Shown one piece after another: positions 19,323 through 27,668 of a stretch of DNA of 64,000 nucleotides. Under the pieces are notes generated by a model. That model did no database searches, was not told where the DNA came from, and was given only the letters and a program-made list of their open reading frames with translations. This DNA is from Desulfobacterales bacterium. GTDB taxonomy: Bacteria > Desulfobacterota > Desulfobacteria > Desulfobacterales > UBA2174. A program made the translations under genes and the position numbers. The stretch's first letter is position 1, and each line of letters opens with the position of its first letter. Location of the stretch: positions 96,001 to 160,000 of the forward strand of contig CAXXWC010000008.1 in NCBI GenBank assembly GCA_963668645.2, written 5' to 3'.

Positions 19323-19598
19323 ATGGCCGAATTCGTCAAGATACAGGAACTGCAGGACTATCACCGGCTTGTCGAAAACGTCGAGCGCGGGGAGGCCCAT
19401 GTGGTTCTGAAATACGGCGGTCCATGCAACGAGCATGGCGGCGGCGGTATTCATGTTTTTTACGGTGCGCCGTGCGCCCTGTTGGATAGCGTCGATTTCG
19501 GAAACAAGGAGTATATCGGCCTTCGCTACGGTGCGCCGTGCAAACCGCCCTATGTCATTGTCAAGTACGGTGGGCCATGTGCTAGCCTGAAAGATTAG
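19323..19598 (+). CDS. Putative multicore RiPP precursor peptide (91 aa, four X-Y-G-[G/A]-P-C repeats)
   Basis: Strong RBS AAGGAGG; about 26-aa leader-like N-terminus, then LKYGGPC, VFYGAPC, LRYGAPC and VKYGGPC; immediately upstream of a radical SAM/SPASM gene. Confidence 0.85.
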   Translation: MAEFVKIQELQDYHRLVENVERGEAHVVLKYGGPCNEHGGGGIHVFYGAPCALLDSVDFGNKEYIGLRYGAPCKPPYVIVKYGGPCASLKD

Positions 19599-19609
19599 CG
19601 TCCGATACA

Positions 19610-21271
19610 GTGGTCCGGCAACAGATCCATCGAAGGGGATACGGAAACAATATCCCTGAAAGAAGAGGCGGAAAAGTGAGAAATGACCATATGCCGCATG
19701 AAGGTTCCTCCCCAAAGGGCCGGCAAAAACCGCCCGCGGTCGAATATCATCCGGTAACGGCAGTTTGGGAAATCACCTTCGCCTGCAACATGCGATGCAA
19801 ACATTGCGGGTCCGGGTGTAACACCTTTCTGCCCGATGAGTTGACCACGGAAGAGGCGTTGTCACTTTGCGATGACATCGGCAAAATGGGACTTCGCTAT
19901 CTGACCCTTTCGGGGGGTGAACCTTTCGTCAGAAAGGACTGGCATCGTATCGCCAAGCGGTTGCGTGAAAACAATGTCATTCCGGTGGTGATCAGTAACG
20001 GCTGGTACATCGACGAGGATATCATCGATAGCGCCTTGGCGGCGGGGGTTTCCAATATCGCCGTGAGTCTAGATGGAATGAAAAGCGGACACGATTGGGT
20101 CAGAAAGAAAGGCTCCTTTGAAAGGACGACCAAAGCCCTCGACCTGATGCGCCGCAAAGGGATGTCTTCATCGGTGGTCACCGCCATCAATAAGGAAAAC
20201 ATCGGCGAACTGCCCCGCCTGCGGGACCTGTTGGTCGAGCTGAAGGTGGAATCCTGGCAGATGCAGATCGCCGTGGCCATGGGAAACCTTCTTGAAAACA
20301 CGCAGCTGCTCATATCCCCGCGGCAGATCGACACGATCATCGATTTCGCTCATGCCACCAACATGGAAAAAAAGATCAAGGTTTATCTTGCCGATTGCGT
20401 CGGTTACTACAACACCAAAGAGGTGGAAATCCGGCGCATGCATTCACCGGATCCAGGTTACAGCGGTTTTTTCAACGGCTGTCCGGCCGGCAAGAACGCT
20501 TTCGGGATACGCTGCAACGGAGACATCACCGGTTGCACCTCGATCCGTGACGATTCATATATCGAGGCGAATGTGCGTGATATCCCTCTGCCTGAACTGT
20601 GGCGTCAGGAGGGGGCCTTTGCCTGGAATCGGTCTTTGAGCAAAAACGATCTGGCCGGTTTCTGCCGCCAATGCCAGTATGGGGCCTGGTGTCTCGGCGG
20701 GTGTACCAACCTCAAGATCACGATGAGCAAATCCCTGTATGAAAACAGATACTGTTCATTCTACATGGCCGTCCGGGAGGTGGCCGATGAGGTGAGCGCC
20801 ATCGGCGATCGTTTCGTGCTTGTGGACAAGGGGGCGGGCTATTGCCGCAGCGGCGAATACCAGTTTGCCGAAGCGTGTTTTGCCAGGGCCCTGGAGCTTT
20901 GGCCCGAGGATATCGAGGCCTTGAACTATCTTGGTTTTCTCCATTTCCAGATGGAAAATTACGATACCGCCCTCGATTTTAACCGGCGGTCATTGGCCGT
21001 CGCGCCAGCAGGAGCCTACGCGTTGAAAGGGATGGGGAATTGCCTCGTAAAGCTGGGCTACCTCGAAAAGGGGATTTCTTTTCTGAAACAGTCTATCGAA
21101 GCGGCACCGGACGACTTCACCGACCCGTATTTTGATTTGGCCGTGGTCTGCTACGACAACGGCCGCCACGGCGAAGGTCTGCGAATCATCGAGGCCGGAC
21201 GAAAACGCTCTGAAGCCTTCGTCGCCCAGTCCGAAGCGCTTTACGACCTGTTACGGTCGACCCGCCCGTAA
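19610..21271 (+). CDS. Radical SAM/SPASM peptide maturase with C-terminal TPR domain (true start may be 19676 or 19691)
   Basis: AVWEITFACNMRCKHC (CX3CX2C), SGGEP, SLDG; SPASM cysteines GCPAG...GDITGC...CRQC-X5-CLGGC...YC; TPR-like helices (ALNYLG, ALKGMG, PYFDLA). Confidence 0.92.
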   Translation: MVRQQIHRRGYGNNIPERRGGKVRNDHMPHEGSSPKGRQKPPAVEYHPVTAVWEITFACNMRCKHCGSGCNTFLPDELTTEEALSLCDDIGKMGLRYLTLSGGEPFVRKDWHRIAKRLRENNVIPVVISNGWYIDEDIIDSALAAGVSNIAVSLDGMKSGHDWVRKKGSFERTTKALDLMRRKGMSSSVVTAINKENIGELPRLRDLLVELKVESWQMQIAVAMGNLLENTQLLISPRQIDTIIDFAHATNMEKKIKVYLADCVGYYNTKEVEIRRMHSPDPGYSGFFNGCPAGKNAFGIRCNGDITGCTSIRDDSYIEANVRDIPLPELWRQEGAFAWNRSLSKNDLAGFCRQCQYGAWCLGGCTNLKITMSKSLYENRYCSFYMAVREVADEVSAIGDRFVLVDKGAGYCRSGEYQFAEACFARALELWPEDIEALNYLGFLHFQMENYDTALDFNRRSLAVAPAGAYALKGMGNCLVKLGYLEKGISFLKQSIEAAPDDFTDPYFDLAVVCYDNGRHGEGLRIIEAGRKRSEAFVAQSEALYDLLRSTRP

Positions 21272-21370
21272 AACTGCGCGACACCACGGCAAGTGTTCCC
21301 TTCAAGGCGTGAAGATGCCTGCAAACGGTTAGTTCTTAGGCGTTGCCTGACCGCGGATTACTTGTCTTTT

Positions 21371-22753
21371 TCAAGCCACCATCAAAGCGGTCATCTCGCC
21401 GATGTTTTCCATGGAATCGAGATCCTCCACAATCATCCGAAAAAGGCGTGCAGCCCGGGTGCCGCCGATCACGGGGCCTGCCAGCGCATCGAATTTCGCG
21501 GCCTCCTCTTCAACGCTCATGGGATTTCGCGGATCCCCTTTGGGGATTCGTACCGTCCTGTGGTGGGTTTTGCCCGATTTTTCCTTCACCGTTACCTTGG
21601 ACATCAATTCCCGGTTGACCTGGGGATAGAGCCTGTTGGCTTCATCCCATTCGGCGAAAGCGACTTTTTGGGCCGTGCCGAGTAGGGACGGGTCGCAGAT
21701 GCGCTCTGGTTCGAGCCACTGCGGTCCCGGTTGGATGCCGTGAACGGCCAGCGCCACCAGGAAAGGCGCGCTGAAAACCACGTCGAAAGGCAGGGTGGGA
21801 AGCGCGGTATAGTCTTGGACCACCTCGTAGAATGTTTCCACGAGGATCGATTCGATATTCTGCGGCTGAGGACGGTGCTCGGCGACGATAGCGCAAATCG
21901 CATCAAGCGTCGGGTGGATGTGGCGGCAGGCCGGATACGGTTTGGTGTGGACCTTGAGGGTGAAGTGCGCGTTGAGCGGTGCGCGCATGGCGTCGTAGTC
22001 GCAACGATCCGACGAGGCCATGATCCAGAAACCGTCTTCGCCGTCGAAGATGGTGGTGTCGGCCAGAAAACCTTCACGGGCGAGAATGGCCGACAGCACG
22101 CCACCGTAGGACGTATAACCGAAATTGTTTTTCAGCCACTGGATCTGGCCGTCGATAAAGCCCCATTTTCGCAGGGACGGAACCGAGGCATGCAGGGCGG
22201 CATGCCCATAGCAGTGGGCGGTTTGCTCCCGGTCCAGTTTCGTCAACTTGGCCGCCACGGCGGCGGCGCAGAAGATCTGCCAGGTATTGATGCCGCGGAC
22301 CCGTTTGGTCCGCTCCGGGGTCGGCTTGATGCCATTGGACACCCGGATACCGATTTCATAGCCGGCAACAACCGCCTCGATCAGTTTGCGTCCATCGATG
22401 TTCCCCGCTTCTCCCATGCTGAGTGCAACCGGCACCACCGTTGACCCGGGGTGGCCGTCATAGGTGTCGTCAAGGTCCAGCGTCGTTGCCAGATAGGAAT
22501 TGACGTACACGGCATTAAGAAGCGGCATCCGGTTTCGTGTACCGCAGATGCCGACTTCGTCGACACCTCCCATGGCACTGAAAATGTTTACCATTTTACT
22601 GCCCTGGATCGGCCGGGTACCGCCGATCATGCAAGCGACGGAATCGGCAATCAGTAGCCGTGCTTTTTGTATCACCTCTGCGGGAAGGGTATCGTAGACG
22701 ATCTGACCTGTGAGGTCGGCCATGGCGTAAGCGGTGCGGGAGTCCTTGTCCAT
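21371..22753 (-). CDS. MmgE/PrpD family protein
   Basis: LDLDDT..GHPGS, VAGYE, KPYPACRHIH, PKGDPRNPMS. Confidence 0.88.
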   Translation of the reverse strand: MDKDSRTAYAMADLTGQIVYDTLPAEVIQKARLLIADSVACMIGGTRPIQGSKMVNIFSAMGGVDEVGICGTRNRMPLLNAVYVNSYLATTLDLDDTYDGHPGSTVVPVALSMGEAGNIDGRKLIEAVVAGYEIGIRVSNGIKPTPERTKRVRGINTWQIFCAAAVAAKLTKLDREQTAHCYGHAALHASVPSLRKWGFIDGQIQWLKNNFGYTSYGGVLSAILAREGFLADTTIFDGEDGFWIMASSDRCDYDAMRAPLNAHFTLKVHTKPYPACRHIHPTLDAICAIVAEHRPQPQNIESILVETFYEVVQDYTALPTLPFDVVFSAPFLVALAVHGIQPGPQWLEPERICDPSLLGTAQKVAFAEWDEANRLYPQVNRELMSKVTVKEKSGKTHHRTVRIPKGDPRNPMSVEEEAAKFDALAGPVIGGTRAARLFRMIVEDLDSMENIGEMTALMVA

Positions 22754-22847
22754 GCTCGCTACCTGTTTTCTCTGCGTTGGGTGTCAGTTCTATAACGAAA
22801 ATTCAGAGGCTGCTGCAAACGGGTGGATCGCAGCCATTTTGACCGGG

Positions 22848-22907
22848 GCCTAACGCCCTTGATGCGCCCGCGGCGATTGCCTGCGGCGCACATCAAAGGG
22901 CGTACGC
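22848..22907. repeat. Imperfect intergenic palindrome with attC-like end
   Basis: ACGCCCTTGATG pairs with CATCAAAGGGCGT with a one-base bulge; the minus strand ends GTTAGGC. Confidence 0.5.
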
Positions 22908-22932
22908 TTTGTTACGGATGTTTCCGGGTTTC

Positions 22933-24165
22933 CTATCGGTCCTTCCAGGCCGGAATGGGATAGACGATCTTGCCGGTGGCCACGTCCTCCGGAAATAACA
23001 GAACGAGGCGCTGCTTGCCGTCCTTTTTCTGAACCTGGGTGACGATGAAAGGCATGAGCAACTGTTTGCCGGCATCATCGATCTGATAGGGCCCGGTCAT
23101 AACCGTTACTTTGCTCGAAAGGTCCAAAGCGGCCTTTTTCAGCGCTGCACCCTCCAGGGAGCCCGACTTTTCAATGAACAGTCCAAGCAGCACGCCGGCG
23201 CCATAGGAAAGGGAGGTCTGGAAGTCCGGGGGATTTTCCGCATTGGGGAACTGCTTATCGAACACCTTTTCGAACTCGGCGCGGGACATGCCGGCGGTGA
23301 CCTTCCAGTTCAAATTTTCATGATAGAGGGTGTGCCCGAAGATATACAGACCGTCGTCTCCAAGGTCTCCCCACTGCGGCATGCCTGAATAGACCATGTA
23401 GGTGTAGGGAAAGGCCAGGTTGGCTTCCTTCATCTGCCGGATCATGATCTTTTGATCGTCCATGTAGGCAGAAGCATAAAAGCCGTCCGCACCGCTTGCC
23501 CGGACTTTTTGCAGTAGGATGGTGAAATCTTTGGTGCCCGGGGAGTACTTTTCGTAGGTCACCACTTGGATACCGTTTGCCTCTGCCAGGCGTTTGGCGT
23601 GCTTTGCCATGCCGGCGGGGAAGGGCTCGTCTACATAAACGACCGCCAGCTTCTTGATGCCCAATTTGGTCATGTGATCGACTTCGGGCTTGGGCATGAG
23701 CGATACCGGCGCCTCGGTGGCCGAAACGATGGTTTTGTACCCCTGCTCGTAGATGCTGTCCGATGCCGCTGACCAGATGACCAGCATTTTGCCGTACTTC
23801 TCGGTGATGGCCGCTGCTGCGCCGGTCAGCGTTGAGCCGAAGGGAGCGAAGCAGACGTCGACCTTATCCTCGTTGATCAGTTTTTCATAAAGTTTGACCA
23901 CGGTTTCCTTGTCGCTACGATCATCGTAGTAGACCAGCTTTACCGGAACTTTCTTGCCGCCGATCATCAAACCACCGTTCGCATTGATTTGATCGGCCCA
24001 GATAGTGACTCCCTTGAATCCCTGGGAGGATGCGAAGGTGTATTTTCCTGTCGTCGAAATGGTCAGTCCGATCTTGATTGCGTCTTTTGCCCCGGCCATG
24101 CCGGCCAGGGGTCCTGCCAGGACAAGTGCCAAAACGCCCATCAGAACAATCAGTTTCCTCATCAT
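22933..24165 (-). CDS. Branched-chain amino acid (LIV)-type ABC substrate-binding protein
   Basis: Signal peptide; IKIGLTISTTG, VYYDDRSD, FAPFGSTLT. Confidence 0.88.
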   Translation of the reverse strand: MMRKLIVLMGVLALVLAGPLAGMAGAKDAIKIGLTISTTGKYTFASSQGFKGVTIWADQINANGGLMIGGKKVPVKLVYYDDRSDKETVVKLYEKLINEDKVDVCFAPFGSTLTGAAAAITEKYGKMLVIWSAASDSIYEQGYKTIVSATEAPVSLMPKPEVDHMTKLGIKKLAVVYVDEPFPAGMAKHAKRLAEANGIQVVTYEKYSPGTKDFTILLQKVRASGADGFYASAYMDDQKIMIRQMKEANLAFPYTYMVYSGMPQWGDLGDDGLYIFGHTLYHENLNWKVTAGMSRAEFEKVFDKQFPNAENPPDFQTSLSYGAGVLLGLFIEKSGSLEGAALKKAALDLSSKVTVMTGPYQIDDAGKQLLMPFIVTQVQKKDGKQRLVLLFPEDVATGKIVYPIPAWKDR

Positions 24166-24217
24166 TTGTCCTCCTCCTCCTTGTTTTAGGTATGACGATC
24201 CATGATCGTGTGACGAA

Positions 24218-24940
24218 TCAGTTCAGCCAACTTTTGATCACTTCCTTGAGGCTGCCTTCAAAGTCCTGCCGGCTTCCATCGACCTTGTTTTTACCGAGCT
24301 CCAGAACATAAAGATGGTCAGAAATTTCAAAGGCCTGGCGCACCCGCTGATCTACCATCACGATGGAGATGTTTTCCGACTTGAGATCGAGCAGCGTCTG
24401 ATAGATCTGTTTGGCGATACGCGGCGCCAGGGTCGCCGTGGGTTCGTCAAGAAGGCACACCTGGGGGCGGGTCAGCAGCGAGCGGCCGATCTCCAGGATC
24501 TTTTGCTGGCCGCCGCTTAAAAGCCCTGCGCTGATGTTCCGTTTTTCTCCGAGAACCGGAAACCGCTGGCAAACTTCGTCAATGGCGCGCTCGACGCGCT
24601 TTTTATCCTTTTTGAAGATCCAGGTTCCCAACTCGAGGTTTTCCCGGACGGTCAGATCCGGAAATATGCTGCGCAGCTGGGGCACGTATGCGATGCCCTT
24701 GCGGATAAATTCGTGCACCTTGAGGCCGGTAACGGGCTTGCCGTGAAAGCAGACCGTTCCGGTTTTCGGTTTGAGCAGTCCGTAAAGAGTCTTGAGCAAG
24801 GTCGATTTGCCGGCGCCGTTCGGGCCGATGATGGTCGTCACCTTTCCCCTCGCGGCTTCGAACGAGACGTCCTTTAAGATGTTGATGTCTCCATAATAGG
24901 AAACGGTCAGGTTTGCCGCTTGAATGATGGTCATGGTCAA
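24218..24940 (-). CDS. LIV-type ABC ATP-binding protein, LivF-like
   Basis: GPNGAGKST, LSGGQQK, LLDEPT. Confidence 0.9.
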   Translation of the reverse strand: MTMTIIQAANLTVSYYGDINILKDVSFEAARGKVTTIIGPNGAGKSTLLKTLYGLLKPKTGTVCFHGKPVTGLKVHEFIRKGIAYVPQLRSIFPDLTVRENLELGTWIFKKDKKRVERAIDEVCQRFPVLGEKRNISAGLLSGGQQKILEIGRSLLTRPQVCLLDEPTATLAPRIAKQIYQTLLDLKSENISIVMVDQRVRQAFEISDHLYVLELGKNKVDGSRQDFEGSLKEVIKSWLN

Positions 24941-25650
24941 TTTCCCAGGTAGGCTTCGATCACCCGCTCGTCGTTTTTGATCTCCTGCTCTCCACCTTTG
25001 GCAATGATTTTGCCAAGATCAAAAACGAAAATTTCATCCGAGAGCGTGTAAACCGACTGCATGTCATGGCTGATGAGTACGAAGGTTTTACCGCGACGCT
25101 GAAGCTCACGGATTTGATCGTAAAACAGCTCCTTGAGCTCTGGATGGACTCCGGCAAACGGCTCATCCAGCAAAATCAGGTCGAAATCGGCGATCCAGGC
25201 CCGGAGCAGTTCGAGCAGTTTCTGCTGTCCGCCGGAAAGCTCTCCCCCGAGGCTCTCGGCCAAGTGTCCCATTCCGACGCCTTCCAGCAGATCAACGGCT
25301 TTTTCACGAAGAACGGATGTTTTCGTTTTGGAGCCCAGTACCGGTGCCAGGATGTTGTCGACAACGGATATTTTCTTGAAAGTCCTGGCCACCTGAAAGG
25401 TCCGGCCGATGCCGAGCCTGGCGATTTCGTGGGGTTTGCGGCCCTGGATAGGCCGTCCGCGATAGGCAATTGCCCCCTTTTCCGGTTCGTAAATGCCGTT
25501 GATGCAGTTGAGAAACGTCGTTTTTCCCGAGCCGTTGGGCCCGATCACCGCAAGTATCGAGTTTTCTTTCACCGCCAGACTGATGTCGTCCAGCGCCTTC
25601 AGGCCCCCGAAGGATTTCTCGATATTTTTGATTGATAGCAAAGCATCCAT
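24937..25650 (-). CDS. LIV-type ABC ATP-binding protein, LivG-like
   Basis: KSFGGLKAL, GPNGSGKTT, GIGRTFQ; ends VIEAYLG. Confidence 0.9.
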   Translation of the reverse strand: MDALLSIKNIEKSFGGLKALDDISLAVKENSILAVIGPNGSGKTTFLNCINGIYEPEKGAIAYRGRPIQGRKPHEIARLGIGRTFQVARTFKKISVVDNILAPVLGSKTKTSVLREKAVDLLEGVGMGHLAESLGGELSGGQQKLLELLRAWIADFDLILLDEPFAGVHPELKELFYDQIRELQRRGKTFVLISHDMQSVYTLSDEIFVFDLGKIIAKGGEQEIKNDERVIEAYLGN

Positions 25651-25668
25651 TTTGTCTCTCGAATCGTG

Positions 25669-26553
25669 TTAGACCCGCGTTGATACCTTTCCCAGAATTC
25701 CTTGGGGGCGCACCATGACCATGGCGATCAGGATGACAAAGGCGACCACCGGAGACAGGGCTACCGGCAAAAAGACGGCGCTGAGACTCTCGGCCAAACC
25801 GTAAATCAGGCCGCCGAGTACAGCGCCCAGGGGGGTCCCCAAACCACCGAGTACGATCACGAGAAAGGCGATATTGGTATAACTCTGTCCCAGTACCGGG
25901 GTAATGGCCGGAAAGCTCATGGTCACCAGGCAGCCGGAGATGGCGACAATGGCCAGCCCGAGACCGAACACCAGCGACGATACCCGATGAACGTCGATGC
26001 CCAGAATGGAAACTGCATTGCGGTCTTCGATGATGGCACGCACGGCCTTGCCCGTGTAAGTGCGATAGAGAAAGTAGCTGATGACTCCGATCGCGGCTAT
26101 ACAGATCAACGCGCTGGCCAGCCTGCCGGTGGATAGAAATATCGGGCCGATAAAGATGGACACACGTTCGAACGGCAGGGGGATACTTCTTGGATCGGCC
26201 TTCCAAATCAGCAAGATTATGGAGGTGATGACCAGCGAGACTCCGAAAAAGGTCAAAAAGGAGGCGACCTCTGGATCTTCGGCCTGCTGAATCCGTGAAT
26301 ATAGAAGACCATGCAACACCATCCCCAGCAGAAAGAAAAGCGGCAGTATGATCACGATGGCCTGAAGTGAAGAAAGGCCCCAGTGACGGTTCAGGGTGAA
26401 CGCCAGGTATGCGCCCAGCATCATGAACTCGCCGTGGGCAAAATTCACGATCCGCATCACGCCGTATAGTATGTTCATCCCGATGCCGATAAGGCCGTAT
26501 ATGATGCCCATCAGCAACCCGGAAACGACTGCCATAAGAATCAGTTCTGACAT
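25669..26553 (-). CDS. LIV-type ABC permease, LivH-like
   Basis: IVNFAHGEFMMLGAY, VLGGLG, RPQGILG. Confidence 0.9.
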   Translation of the reverse strand: MSELILMAVVSGLLMGIIYGLIGIGMNILYGVMRIVNFAHGEFMMLGAYLAFTLNRHWGLSSLQAIVIILPLFFLLGMVLHGLLYSRIQQAEDPEVASFLTFFGVSLVITSIILLIWKADPRSIPLPFERVSIFIGPIFLSTGRLASALICIAAIGVISYFLYRTYTGKAVRAIIEDRNAVSILGIDVHRVSSLVFGLGLAIVAISGCLVTMSFPAITPVLGQSYTNIAFLVIVLGGLGTPLGAVLGGLIYGLAESLSAVFLPVALSPVVAFVILIAMVMVRPQGILGKVSTRV

Positions 26554-26571
26554 AATCTTCTCCTGCGAGCG

Positions 26572-27501
26572 CTACTCGATGGTCTGTCTGAGCCGGGGCC
26601 AGCGATGTACAAGAGTTCCGACCACACCCCGGGGCAGAAATAGAATCAGGAAGATAATGGCCAGACCAAGAACCAGCAGGTTTAGCAGGGGAAATCTCCC
26701 CCAGATGAAATCATCCAGGCCGTACATGAAAGCAGCCCCGAAAATGGGGCCGATAATGGTTCCCAAGCCCCCGAACATGGCATAGACAATGGCTTTGGCG
26801 GTGGTGAGCATGTTGAAGGAGGTGTCTGGATCCACGATGGCCGTGAACCATGCCTCGATACCGCCGGCAAGTGCCGGTATCGCGGCCGACAACATCCATG
26901 CCTTGAGCCTGCTCAAAGAGACGTTGATGCCCATGACGGCGGCAGCCGCTTCGTCGTCGCGGATACACCGCAGGGCGATTCCCAGTCTCGATCGCGACAG
27001 CCACATCGCCACCAGTACGCTGATTACCGTCAATGCCAGCATGAAGTAGTAGCTCATCAGCGGCTTGTAAGCGCCTGACATGCTGATGCCAAAGCTTCCC
27101 CCGGCCCATGCTTCGGGCAGGTTGGCCACAACGATGCGCAGCACCATGGCCGATGAAAAATTGACGATGGCAAAGTAGATGCCTTTGAGTCGGAGGGTCG
27201 GGGCAAAGACCAGCGACAGCAGGACACCCGCTGCGCCCGAGCAGAGGATGGCCAGGGGAACCGGCATCCCCAGGCGGCTCCACAGCACGGCGGTCACATA
27301 GGTTCCCACGCCATAGAACATCACGTAGCCGAACGGCAGGTATCCGACAAAACCGTAAATGATGTTGAAGGCGCTCGCCATGGTGATCCAGAACATCATG
27401 TAGAAAAAATACGGCCTGGAAAACGGCAGCACAGGGACCGTGGCGAGAAACAACGCGGCAATCAGGACGGTGGTAAGGGTGATTTTCCCAGAATTTCGCA
27501 T
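26572..27501 (-). CDS. LIV-type ABC permease, LivM-like
   Basis: LRLKGIYFAI, IRDDEAAAAVMGIN, GGLGTIIGP; likely ATG at 27501. Confidence 0.88.
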   Translation of the reverse strand: MRNSGKITLTTVLIAALFLATVPVLPFSRPYFFYMMFWITMASAFNIIYGFVGYLPFGYVMFYGVGTYVTAVLWSRLGMPVPLAILCSGAAGVLLSLVFAPTLRLKGIYFAIVNFSSAMVLRIVVANLPEAWAGGSFGISMSGAYKPLMSYYFMLALTVISVLVAMWLSRSRLGIALRCIRDDEAAAAVMGINVSLSRLKAWMLSAAIPALAGGIEAWFTAIVDPDTSFNMLTTAKAIVYAMFGGLGTIIGPIFGAAFMYGLDDFIWGRFPLLNLLVLGLAIIFLILFLPRGVVGTLVHRWPRLRQTIE

Positions 27502-27599
27502 AGTATAGAATTCTTGTGCCGACAGGTGGCGTGTGGAGGATCCGTGCTGTTCATTCCTTGCTCTGCCGACCGTGAAACAGCAACCGGGCGGATGCATCT

Positions 27600-27645
27600 C
27601 GCCGGCCGGAGCGATGGTGGAAAACGGCCGCCGCTCCGGCTGGCG
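27600..27645. repeat. Intergenic GC-rich hairpin between the GS-like gene and livM
   Basis: CGCCGGCCGGAGCG (27600-27613) pairs with CGCTCCGGCTGGCG (27632-27645). Confidence 0.6.
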
Positions 27646-27668
27646 CATGCCCTAAAATTCAACGGTGA

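Noticed and set aside
19409..19580. Four short repeats with variable spacers as a possible mini-CRISPR array
   Set aside because: The repeats are only 15-18 nt, vary at synonymous positions, stay in frame and have unequal spacers; no cas genes are present.
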